DNA of 29,523 nt. It comes from a virus. Lineage: Duplodnaviria; Caudoviricetes. Shown one piece after another: positions 16,055 through 25,114 of this stretch. The stretch is from the IMG/VR virus record IMGVR_UViG_3300025653_000187, positions 1-29,523 of that record, one strand, 5' to 3'. The notes beneath the pieces were generated by a model. That model saw nothing but the letters and a program-made list of their open reading frames with translations, was not told where the DNA came from and did not search any database. Each line of letters starts with the position of its first letter. The first letter of the stretch is position 1. The translations under genes were made by a program, and so were the position numbers.

Positions 16055-16402
16055 ATGGCATATAACACAGATGACCTTAGAGAACAATCACTAAAAGCTA
16101 TAACAGAACATAACCTTATTTTCATTGGGGATATATTTGCTTATGTAGGATTTAGTAAACGTGCATTCTATGACCATAAATTGCAAGAATGTAACGCTAT
16201 AAAAAGCGAACTAGATAAAAATAGGGTTAATATGAAGATAGAGATGCGTAAGAAGTGGTATGATAGCGATAACGCAACCTTGCAGATAGGACTTATGAAA
16301 CTCATAGCAAACGATGAAGAAGCACATAGATTAAATGGAACTAAGCGAGAAGTAAAACACGATACCACAGATAAAGAGATTAACATAAAAATCCATAGGT
16401 AA
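16055..16402 (+). CDS. Terminase small subunit
   Basis: 115 aa with an HTH-like N-terminus, immediately upstream of TerL. Confidence 0.75.
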   Translation: MAYNTDDLREQSLKAITEHNLIFIGDIFAYVGFSKRAFYDHKLQECNAIKSELDKNRVNMKIEMRKKWYDSDNATLQIGLMKLIANDEEAHRLNGTKREVKHDTTDKEINIKIHR

Positions 16403-17557
16403 TTGAACGTAGATGTAAATGTAGTATTTGAACATTTACTTGATAGCAAATCAAAGATAGTAGTAGAGCAAGGTGGAACTAGGTCTGGTAAGACTTATAA
16501 CATTCTGCTCTATATTATTTTTAACTACTGCCAGGTAAACAAAGGTAAAACGATTACTATTTGTCGTAAGACATTCCCAGCACTACGCTCTTCAGTTATG
16601 CGTGATTTCATAGAGATACTTAAAAAGCATAACAAGTATAGGGAAGAAAACCATAACAAGTCTAATAGTGAATACAACTTAGATGGCAACTTAATAGAGT
16701 TTATATCGTTAGACCAAGCACAAAAGATAAGAGGTCGTAAACGTGAGTTCTTATTTATCAATGAAGCAAACGAACTAGAGTACGAGGACTGGCAACAACT
16801 TATATTCAGAACAACCGATAAGATAATACTAGATTATAACCCTAGTGATGAGTATCATTGGATATACGATAAGGTACTACCAAGAGAAGATGTAGAGTTC
16901 TATAAGACCACATATAAAGACAATCCTTTTTTAGATAATTCTATAATAGAAGAGATAGAACGTTTAAGGGAAACGGATGAGCAGTACTGGCAGATATACG
17001 GACTAGGAGAAAAGGGAATAAGCAAGGCAACTATATTTAACTATTACGAATGCGATAAGATACCAGAAGATGCAGAGTTTATATCCTACGGTGCAGATGC
17101 TGGGTACACTAATGACCCTAGCACACTTGTAAGCGTTTATAGAAAAGACCACAACCTTTACATTAAAGAACACCTTTATAGAACAATGATGACTACAAAG
17201 GATTTAAGCGAACACTTTAAGCTGGTAGGTGTAGGTAGGAATACTATTTACTTTGATGCAGCTGAACCAAGATTAATAGCAGAACTTCGTAGGATGGGGC
17301 ATAACGTGCAACCGAGTTTAAAAGGTAGAGATAGTATAAATGCTGGTATAGACCTTTTAAAGCGTTTTAAGATACATTTAACGAGTGATAGTGATAATCT
17401 TATAATGGAGTTTAGAAACTATAAATGGCAAGAGGACAGAAGTGGTAAACTAACAAATAAGCCAGTACAAAATAATGACCATTTAATAGATGCTTCCAGA
17501 TACGCAACCTATTCAATATTAAGTAGACCTAACTTTGGTAAATATGCGATTAGGTAA
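16403..17557 (+). CDS. terL: Terminase large subunit (PBSX/SPP1-like)
   Basis: Walker A QGGTRSGKT, Walker B FINEANE, DYNP, nuclease GADAGYTNDP and DHLIDASRY. TTG start. Confidence 0.95.
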   Translation: MNVDVNVVFEHLLDSKSKIVVEQGGTRSGKTYNILLYIIFNYCQVNKGKTITICRKTFPALRSSVMRDFIEILKKHNKYREENHNKSNSEYNLDGNLIEFISLDQAQKIRGRKREFLFINEANELEYEDWQQLIFRTTDKIILDYNPSDEYHWIYDKVLPREDVEFYKTTYKDNPFLDNSIIEEIERLRETDEQYWQIYGLGEKGISKATIFNYYECDKIPEDAEFISYGADAGYTNDPSTLVSVYRKDHNLYIKEHLYRTMMTTKDLSEHFKLVGVGRNTIYFDAAEPRLIAELRRMGHNVQPSLKGRDSINAGIDLLKRFKIHLTSDSDNLIMEFRNYKWQEDRSGKLTNKPVQNNDHLIDASRYATYSILSRPNFGKYAIR

Positions 17558-17575
17558 AATAAATTAAAAATAAAT

Positions 17576-17615
17576 TGTTTATTATTTGTTTATAAGTAAA
17601 AAAGTATTATATTTG
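17576..17615 (+). promoter_or_regulatory. Early (host sigma) promoter P3
   Basis: TTTG 17585-17588, 19 nt, TATATTTG 17608-17615. Confidence 0.8.
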
Positions 17616-17671
17616 TACTGTTGCAATGATGTAACAATGGCGACCCGCCAATCAGGGTTTACTCTTTTACT

Positions 17672-17836
17672 ATGAGTTATTTAGTTATTTTCGATGGCAC
17701 TACCGCTTTTGTAGGCGACCATTCAGATATTGCAGATGCTGACCACGAGATTGTTGGCACATTCACTGACGAGGATGAGGCGTATGCTTTTGAAGAAAAG
17801 TATAACGAAGAAGCCACTAACTACGGGAGGTATTAA
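17672..17836 (+). CDS. Small highly acidic protein (54 aa, not in ORF track)
   Basis: MSYLVIFDGTTAFVGDHSDIADADHEIVGTFTDEDEAYAFEEKYNEEATNYGRY. First ORF after P3. Confidence 0.7.
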   Translation: MSYLVIFDGTTAFVGDHSDIADADHEIVGTFTDEDEAYAFEEKYNEEATNYGRY

Positions 17837-17894
17837 TCTCCCGTTCATTCTCAACCAATGTTCATTGACAATGAACACTAAAAAATATTGAACA

Positions 17895-18128
17895 ATGATA
17901 CAAAGTTTAAGAATTATTAAAGAGCAATTTGAAGAATCAGATGAGATAGAAATACAACCGACTATGATTAATGATGGTCGTGTTATTGATATTATGATGT
18001 GGTTAAAAGCAGATAAAAAAACGGAAAGACACGAATACCACCATACTTTTGATTTGCAGGAAGTGAAAATGATTAGAGATTTTTTAACAAGTGTTTTAAA
18101 TAGTTATGGCATACATATACTACAATAA
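17895..18128 (+). CDS. Hypothetical protein (77 aa)
   Basis: Second ORF of the P3 unit. Confidence 0.65.
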   Translation: MIQSLRIIKEQFEESDEIEIQPTMINDGRVIDIMMWLKADKKTERHEYHHTFDLQEVKMIRDFLTSVLNSYGIHILQ

Positions 18129-18233
18129 AGAATTAGATAAATACAGGCTCTTTAGATAATAGAAATATAGATTATAAGATAGCATTTTATGCCTTTATAT
18201 AATATTAAACAATTAAAAACAACCACTTATAAC

Positions 18234-18261
18234 ACCCTTACAGAAATGTAGGGGTTTTTTT
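18234..18261 (+). terminator. Intrinsic terminator
   Basis: ACCCTTACA-GAAA-TGTAGGGGT followed by a T run. Confidence 0.85.
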
Positions 18262-18272
18262 GTACCTTATTC

Positions 18273-18302
18273 TAAAATTTTAAAAAACATTGATATATAA
18301 AT
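18273..18302 (+). promoter_or_regulatory. Late promoter motif copy 2
   Basis: TAAA-N12-ATTGATATA (18289-18297)-N5-ATG. Confidence 0.7.
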
Positions 18303-18944
18303 ATGAAGATAGTAATACCTAATAGTTTAAACGAAATTACACTAGGGCAATACCAAGAGTTCTACAAGCTAAACGATGTAGAAGATGTTAAGGTAGTGGA
18401 AAGAAGAATGATAGAAATATTCTGCCAAGTACCTATGAAGTATGTAAACCAGATGAAAGCTATCGATGTAAAGGATATCATACAAATACTTACACAGATG
18501 CTAGAGAACAAACCTAGCCTGGTAAACCTATTTAAAATGGATGGTGTAGAGTTTGGGTTTATTCCAGATTTAGATGATATGACCTTTGGCGAGTATGTAG
18601 ACTTAGATACGTTTATAGGCGATACTAAAAACCTACATAGAGCAATGAATGTACTTTACAGACCAGTAAAGATAAAACGAAGTGGTAGGTATCAAATAGA
18701 GGACTATGATAGCGATAAGTATGAACGAATGTTAAATATGCCAATGGATGCAGTTATAAGTTCTATACTTTTTTTTTATCATTTAGGCATCGACTTGTCG
18801 CAGATTATGATGGACTCTTCCAAACTGAAGAACGAAAAGAATATGATGCAGTATCTAATTTCGGAAGAAAATGGGGGTGGTATCAATCACTCGTTCACAT
18901 CGCTCAAAACGATGTTAGACGATTTAAGGATATCACTAAACTAA
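18303..18944 (+). CDS. Tail assembly chaperone (gpG-like)
   Basis: Contains a T9 slippery run at 18769-18777 with an open -1 frame. Confidence 0.7.
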   Translation: MKIVIPNSLNEITLGQYQEFYKLNDVEDVKVVERRMIEIFCQVPMKYVNQMKAIDVKDIIQILTQMLENKPSLVNLFKMDGVEFGFIPDLDDMTFGEYVDLDTFIGDTKNLHRAMNVLYRPVKIKRSGRYQIEDYDSDKYERMLNMPMDAVISSILFFYHLGIDLSQIMMDSSKLKNEKNMMQYLISEENGGGINHSFTSLKTMLDDLRISLN

Positions 18945-19030
18945 ATATGCACGAGTGTTTAACATTCTTGACATTTGAAAAAGAGAGAAACGAACTAGAA
19001 TCTAAAAGAATTAAAAGCAAGTTTAAATGA
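18770..19030 (+). CDS. -1 frameshift extension (gpGT-like)
   Basis: T TTT TTT heptamer. The -1 frame reads FLSFRHRL...NFGRKWGWYQSL...LTFEKERNELESKRIKSKFK* and its stop overlaps the next ATG (19027). Confidence 0.75.
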   Translation, partial: FFLSFRHRLVADYDGLFQTEERKEYDAVSNFGRKWGWYQSLVHIAQNDVRRFKDITKLNMHECLTFLTFEKERNELESKRIKSKFK

Positions 19031-19491
19031 GAGGTATAAGAGGTTACTACTTAATCACGGAAACGATAAAAGACCAGTTACTAGCAGATGTAAATGTTAA
19101 TACGGTAACTACTGGAGATATTACAAAGGTAGACTTAAACAAACAAACTATATTTCCGTTAAGCCACATTATAATAAACCAATCAATACTAGAGGAACAA
19201 GTAATAAGGTTTAACGTTTCGGTATTGGCTATGGATGTTGTAGATGTAAGTAAAGAGCCAGTAACGGATTTATTCAGAGGAAACGACAACGAGCAAGATA
19301 TATTAAACACGCAGTTAGCAGTACTAAACAAACTTACACAAGTATTAAGTAGGGGAACGCTATTCCAAGACAAGTACCAATTAGATGGCACTATAACTTG
19401 TGAGCCTTTTTATGATAGGTTTGAAAACGAACTAGCTGGGTGGACTGCAACCTTTGATGTATTAATACCTAACGATATAACTATATGTTAG
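19027..19491 (+). CDS. Putative tail terminator/completion protein
   Basis: 154 aa acidic alpha/beta protein in the tail module. Confidence 0.55.
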   Translation: MRGIRGYYLITETIKDQLLADVNVNTVTTGDITKVDLNKQTIFPLSHIIINQSILEEQVIRFNVSVLAMDVVDVSKEPVTDLFRGNDNEQDILNTQLAVLNKLTQVLSRGTLFQDKYQLDGTITCEPFYDRFENELAGWTATFDVLIPNDITIC

Positions 19492-19988
19492 CAGATAAGG
19501 AAATACAGAAAGCCTTACAAGACTTCGCTAAGTATGTTATACAACAATCACGAAGCAACTTAACCAAAGGCGATAAGAACGCATCTAAGGAACTTTATAA
19601 TAGCCTTGGTAGTGATGTAAAGAAAACAAATAAAGGTTACAACCTATCGTTTGAAATGGAAGATTACGGTAAGTTTCAAGATAGGGGTGTAAGTGGTACT
19701 AAAAAGAAATACAATACACCTTACAAGTACACGAATAAAATGCCACCACCTAGTAAGCTAGATAAGTGGATAGTAAGAAAAGGAATAGCACCAAGAAACA
19801 AGGGTAAGTTCTTAACTAGAAAAAGTATTCAATTTGCAATAGCTAGAAGCATATACACTAAAGGTATAAAACCTAGTTTGTTTTTTACCAAACCATTTGA
19901 GAGAGCGTTTAAGAGGTTGCCAGATGAATTAGTAGAAGCATACGCAATAGGAATAGAAAAACAAATACAAGTTAATATAAACAAATGA
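19485..19988 (+). CDS. Putative neck/tail completion protein (HK97 gp10-like)
   Basis: Basic. LYNSL, YGKFQDRG and KGIKPSLFFTKPF motifs. Confidence 0.6.
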   Translation: MLADKEIQKALQDFAKYVIQQSRSNLTKGDKNASKELYNSLGSDVKKTNKGYNLSFEMEDYGKFQDRGVSGTKKKYNTPYKYTNKMPPPSKLDKWIVRKGIAPRNKGKFLTRKSIQFAIARSIYTKGIKPSLFFTKPFERAFKRLPDELVEAYAIGIEKQIQVNINK

Positions 19989-21139
19989 GGAAGATAAATT
20001 TAAGAAGTCCGTTTTATTTTAAGGTGGAAAAAACTGGTATGACTTCGGTAGAATTAAATCTATACGTTTATACTGGTACGTTTACCGATAACGCAAGTGT
20101 AAGTCCTAGCACGTTACGATACACAATAACAAAAGAGCCTTTAAGTACAAACGATTATGTAGTATTCGAGATAGCAGAACTTATAAGAGATTACCTAGAA
20201 ATAGAGTTTGATGGTAGTTATGATAGTCAATGCGTTTGGGTAAATGCTATTCCTACGGTTACTGCTGGTACTGGAGATACAACTATAACACCAGATAATA
20301 CTGATGGCTTTTTAGGTGTAGAGGGTTACGGATATTTTGAAGATGGTATAAACCCAGCACTAAGTGGAACGTTATTACAATCTAATAAAGTAGTACATAG
20401 GGTAAACGATGGCGTAACAAGAATAGCAGTATGGTCTGAAAACGTAGAACAAGTTACATATCTTTTAAACGGTCAAACCTTACAAAGTTACCCAATAAGT
20501 TCTAGTACTAGCACAACTGGGCAAATAACCTACATAGATATAAGCTACAATGTAGCAGATTCATTTGAAGAAAGGGTACTAAACAACAGTGGTACTTTTG
20601 AGGATAGCGATTGCCTACAATCATTTTTAAATAGCTTAGATATATTAGAAGCTGATGAAATATATGTAGAAAGTGCAGATGATGTTGAGGTACTTAAAAT
20701 AAAGACTTTAGGTTGCTCTAAATTTACACCTTATAAAATTACATTCGTAAATAAGTTTGGTGCATTACAAGATGTGTGGTTTAGCTTAAAATCAACAGAG
20801 CAACTAACAACCAAAGGCGAAACGTATAAAGCTAATACAATAGACTTCGATACGCTAAGTTACAACACCTACAATCCACAAAAGGCACAATTCCAGAAAG
20901 TAGGAAACGAAAGCATAACCTTAAACACGGATTACATAGATGAATCTTATAACGATGTAATTAAGGAACTATTGATGAGTGAGCAAGTATGGATTACTAA
21001 AATAGAAGATGAAGAATTAGTACTAGGAGTAATACCTAAAACAAGTAGCGTACAATACAAGACCGTATTAAACGATAACCTAATAAACTATACAATTCAG
21101 TTTGATTACGCATACGATAAAATAAACAACGTAAGATAG
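19985..21139 (+). CDS. Tail protein (distal-tail-like)
   Basis: 384 aa beta-rich. FVNKFGALQ, LNT and LLMSEQVW motifs. Synteny. Confidence 0.55.
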   Translation: MRKINLRSPFYFKVEKTGMTSVELNLYVYTGTFTDNASVSPSTLRYTITKEPLSTNDYVVFEIAELIRDYLEIEFDGSYDSQCVWVNAIPTVTAGTGDTTITPDNTDGFLGVEGYGYFEDGINPALSGTLLQSNKVVHRVNDGVTRIAVWSENVEQVTYLLNGQTLQSYPISSSTSTTGQITYIDISYNVADSFEERVLNNSGTFEDSDCLQSFLNSLDILEADEIYVESADDVEVLKIKTLGCSKFTPYKITFVNKFGALQDVWFSLKSTEQLTTKGETYKANTIDFDTLSYNTYNPQKAQFQKVGNESITLNTDYIDESYNDVIKELLMSEQVWITKIEDEELVLGVIPKTSSVQYKTVLNDNLINYTIQFDYAYDKINNVR

Positions 21140-23142
21140 TGCAAGTAATACAACTATACATAGAGGGTAACCCAATAGAACTATTTAAAGATGAAAGCGT
21201 ATCTATAACTGATTCTATAAAATCGGTAAGAGATATAGCAAAGGTGTTTACTGCGTTTAGTAAAACGTTTACCGTACCAGCTAGTAGAAACAACAATAAG
21301 ATATTTAAGCACTACTACAACTTCGATATTGTAAATGGGTTTGATGCCAGGATAAGAAAAGATGCCAACATAGAACTAAACAACCTACCGTATAAAAAAG
21401 GTAAAATAAAGCTAGAGGGTGTAGACTTAAAAAACAATAAGCCATACGCATATAAGATAACGTTCTTCGGTAGTACGGTAGAGTTAAAAGATATACTAGG
21501 CGATGATAAGTTGAGTGCTATCACAAGTTTAACAACTTATAATGAACTATACGATTACACAACTATAAAAACGTTTTTAGAATTAAACCCTAATACCAAT
21601 GATGTTATAGTACCATTGATTACGCATACTCAAAGGTTATATTATGAAGATGGCGTACACGGAGAAGATACTGGTAACTTGTGGTATGAATCTGGTACTG
21701 GTACTTCGCATCATCACGGAGTATTGTGGTCGGAATTAAAGTATGCAATTAGACTAGATGCAATACTAAAACAAATAGAAAGTTTTTACGGTATTTCTTT
21801 TAGTAGTGATTTCTTTAATAATAGTAACGACCACTACCATAATTTATTTATGTGGTTACACCGTAAAAAAGGAAATGTAGAAAACCCTAGTGGTCTTACA
21901 GAAAACATTGTAGATGGCTTTACAAACGAAACTGATAGTAATACTGCTACTGCAATACAATACAATGAGCAACTTACTTTAAATGGTACTGAATCGTTTT
22001 ATACAAGCAAAGAACTAACTTTAGAAACAACAAGTACTGATACATATAGAGTATCGGTAAAAAGAAGTGGTATAGAAATATTTAATAGTGGGGATGTTAC
22101 TGGCAACCAAACCCTAGATTTAACTTCTTATAGTTTTGGTAGTTTACCAATTACGATTTATATACAAGGCGAAGATGCAATAGTATTTTCTAAAATAGAA
22201 TGGGAGATACAATACGAACCAGATGCTTTATATACTAAAACTTATGATACTGGTACGCATTCTTACAATGCTAGTTTTATATTTGACATTACGCAACAGA
22301 TACCAGATATAAAAGTTATAGACTTTATTAGTGGATTATTTAAGATGTTTAATTTAACTGCGTATGTAGAAAACGATGTTATAGTAGTTAAGACCTTAGA
22401 TGATTTTTATGCTGGTGGTACAACATACGATATATCAAAATATGTAGATATAAACACAAGCCAAGTTAATATTGCCCTACCTTACCGAAAGATTAACTTT
22501 ACTCACGGAGATACTAAAACCTTTTTTGCTGCAAATCACAATCAGTTATTCGGTAAGGAATGGGGTAAGGAAGAATACACAAACCAAGAAAATTTAGATG
22601 GTGGTATATATGACCTTGTAACACCATTTAGCCAGATGAAGTTCGAAAGGATATACGACACGACAACTGGAAACATAACTACTATACAATGGGGTTATAG
22701 TGTAGATGATAATAGTGAATCTTATAAAGGTAAACCGTTAATATTTTATCCTATTAAAATACCATCAGCTACTGAAATATCATATTTAGAAAATGGTGGG
22801 CATAGTGCTACAACACAATATAACATACCTAGTAATAGTGTTTCTTATGCATCAGCATTTAGCAAAGAGAATATAAACTTTTACTTAGAGAACAACGAAT
22901 ATACTGCTGATACAACTTTTACAGATACGTTATTTGAGAGTTACTATAAAAACTATATAACAAGTGCATTTAACGAAAAGAACAGAATCACTAAAGTAAC
23001 TGCATACTTACCGATACGAATAATAAGAGTGTTAAGCGTAGCAGATAAGATTATAATAAACGGTAAGCAATACAAGATAAATAGTTTAAAGATAAACCTA
23101 CTAGATGGCAAGAGCGATTTGGAATTATTGAACGACCTATGA
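21139..23142 (+). CDS. Tail tip/baseplate hub-like protein
   Basis: 667 aa, GTG start. FSKTFTVPAS..NNKIF and DFISGLFKMFNL motifs. Confidence 0.6.
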   Translation: MQVIQLYIEGNPIELFKDESVSITDSIKSVRDIAKVFTAFSKTFTVPASRNNNKIFKHYYNFDIVNGFDARIRKDANIELNNLPYKKGKIKLEGVDLKNNKPYAYKITFFGSTVELKDILGDDKLSAITSLTTYNELYDYTTIKTFLELNPNTNDVIVPLITHTQRLYYEDGVHGEDTGNLWYESGTGTSHHHGVLWSELKYAIRLDAILKQIESFYGISFSSDFFNNSNDHYHNLFMWLHRKKGNVENPSGLTENIVDGFTNETDSNTATAIQYNEQLTLNGTESFYTSKELTLETTSTDTYRVSVKRSGIEIFNSGDVTGNQTLDLTSYSFGSLPITIYIQGEDAIVFSKIEWEIQYEPDALYTKTYDTGTHSYNASFIFDITQQIPDIKVIDFISGLFKMFNLTAYVENDVIVVKTLDDFYAGGTTYDISKYVDINTSQVNIALPYRKINFTHGDTKTFFAANHNQLFGKEWGKEEYTNQENLDGGIYDLVTPFSQMKFERIYDTTTGNITTIQWGYSVDDNSESYKGKPLIFYPIKIPSATEISYLENGGHSATTQYNIPSNSVSYASAFSKENINFYLENNEYTADTTFTDTLFESYYKNYITSAFNEKNRITKVTAYLPIRIIRVLSVADKIIINGKQYKINSLKINLLDGKSDLELLNDL

Positions 23143-23279
23143 TAGAGAATATACTATACTTGCTTAATTACGCAAAAGGAGAAACGGAGAATATAAGAAT
23201 AGCACAAGGTAAGTACAAACTACCATTGACTTTAAAAGAGGGTTATAAAACACTTAAACAAGAAATAAAATGGCGATAG
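23139..23279 (+). CDS. Small protein (46 aa, not in ORF track)
   Basis: ATGA-coupled. MIENILYLLNYAKGETENIRIAQGKYKLP... Confidence 0.6.
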   Translation: MIENILYLLNYAKGETENIRIAQGKYKLPLTLKEGYKTLKQEIKWR

Positions 23280-25081
23280 AAAAAGATATTAAAATTAATG
23301 TTGAGGATAGGGATGCATTAGCTAGTATTGGAAACATCGATGATGGTTTACAAGGACTTGATAAGAGTGCAGATAAAGGTGCTAAAGGTGTAGCTGGTGT
23401 ATCAAAGGCTTTTAAGGGTTTAGGAACTGCAATTAAGGCAGCTGGAATTGGTTTGGTAATTGGTGCTTTAGCTAAGTTATCGGAAGTGTTTATGCAAAAC
23501 CAAAAAGTAGCAGATTTATTTAATACTACATTTGAAGTATTGAGTATAGCTTTTAATGATTTCGTAAACTTTATAATAGATAACTTCGGTACGGTATCTG
23601 ATTTCTTTAAAGATATATTTGAAAACCCAGTAGATAATATAAAAGCATTTGGTAAGGCTATTAAAGAAAATATTATAGAAAGGTTTAATAGTGCATTAAA
23701 AACTCTTGGTTTCTTATCAAGTGCAGTTAAAAAAGTATTTAGTGGAGATTTTGCTGGTGCATTAGAAGATGTTAAGAGTGCTGGTAAAGAATCAATAGAT
23801 GTATTAACTGGTGTTAATGATTCATTTGATAAGGGTAAAGCATTTGTAGAAGAGAGTACAGAAGCTATATCAAAGTACGCAACTGAAACTATTAAGGCTG
23901 CTAAAGAAAATGTAAACTTAGCAAACTCTGCTGAATTAGCAGCAGTAAAAAATCAAGGATTAATTGAAGAGTATGACAGACAAGCAGAACAATTAAGGCA
24001 AATACGAGATGATGAAAGTAAAAGCATTGAGGATAGAATAAAAGCTAACGAAGATTTAGCAAAAGTTTTAGATAAGCAAGAAGAAGCAATGCTTAAAAAT
24101 GCAGAAATACAAGTTGCTGCAGCTGCTGCTGAATTATCTAAGAATAAAAATAGCATAGAACTACAAAAGGCATATTTAGAAGCCTTAAACGAACAAGCAG
24201 CTATTGAAGCACAAATAACTGGTTTTAGAAGTGAGCAACAAACAAACGTTAATTCTTTACTAAGAGAACAAAAAGATATTCAAAAAGAACTTGCATTAAT
24301 TGGTAAGAGTGAAAGGGATGTAGAACGTGAAGAACTTAAACAACAATACGAAGAACAAAAAGAACTAATAAATAAACAAGTATCTGATGACGCTGAAAGA
24401 AAAGCTATATTATTAGAATCTGAAAGAGTATATAATGAACAACTTAAAGAACTTAATGCCCAATTTATTCAAGAAGATTTAGATGCTCAAAAAGAAAAGC
24501 TAGAACAAGAAAAACAAATAGCAGAGCAAGAACGACAATTAGAAAAACAAAAGATACAAGATAAGCAAATGGTATTGGATGCTATTGGTCAATTTGCAGA
24601 TGCAGAAACTGGCATTGGCAAGGCTTTACTTATAGCAAAACAAGCACTAGCGTTAAAGGAAACTTTAATGGATGTTAAGCGTATAACTTTTAAAGGAACA
24701 CAAGCAGTTTCAGAAGCTGGTGTTAATGCTGCACAAAACGTATCAGAAAGTTCTAAAATAGGTTTCCCACAAAACATTATAACAATAGCAGCTGCGATAG
24801 CACAAGGTATTTCTATTATAGGTTCGGTTAAAAAAGCAGTTTCAAAAACTAAAGCAAAAGCAAGTGGAGCAGTAGCATCAACACCAACTGCACCTACTAC
24901 ACCAAGTACTACTTCTATACCACCAGCATTTAACATTGTAGGTGCAAGTGGTACAAGTCAATTAGCAGAAGCGATAGGAGAACAAGAACAACAACCAGTA
25001 CAAGCGTATGTGGTAGCAAACGATGTAACAACTGCACAAAGTATGGATAGAAATATAGTTGAGGGTGCTAGTATTGGATAA
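23270..25081 (+). CDS. Tape measure protein
   Basis: 603 aa, Ala-rich and helical, with periodic Phe repeats, a long coiled coil and hydrophobic segments. Confidence 0.8.
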   Translation: MAIEKDIKINVEDRDALASIGNIDDGLQGLDKSADKGAKGVAGVSKAFKGLGTAIKAAGIGLVIGALAKLSEVFMQNQKVADLFNTTFEVLSIAFNDFVNFIIDNFGTVSDFFKDIFENPVDNIKAFGKAIKENIIERFNSALKTLGFLSSAVKKVFSGDFAGALEDVKSAGKESIDVLTGVNDSFDKGKAFVEESTEAISKYATETIKAAKENVNLANSAELAAVKNQGLIEEYDRQAEQLRQIRDDESKSIEDRIKANEDLAKVLDKQEEAMLKNAEIQVAAAAAELSKNKNSIELQKAYLEALNEQAAIEAQITGFRSEQQTNVNSLLREQKDIQKELALIGKSERDVEREELKQQYEEQKELINKQVSDDAERKAILLESERVYNEQLKELNAQFIQEDLDAQKEKLEQEKQIAEQERQLEKQKIQDKQMVLDAIGQFADAETGIGKALLIAKQALALKETLMDVKRITFKGTQAVSEAGVNAAQNVSESSKIGFPQNIITIAAAIAQGISIIGSVKKAVSKTKAKASGAVASTPTAPTTPSTTSIPPAFNIVGASGTSQLAEAIGEQEQQPVQAYVVANDVTTAQSMDRNIVEGASIG

Positions 25082-25084
25082 ATG

Positions 25085-25114
25085 CAAAAAATATTAAAAG
25101 ATTGATATACTAAT
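25085..25114 (+). promoter_or_regulatory. Late promoter motif copy 3
   Basis: CAAA-N12-ATTGATATA (25101-25109)-N5-ATG. Confidence 0.7.
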
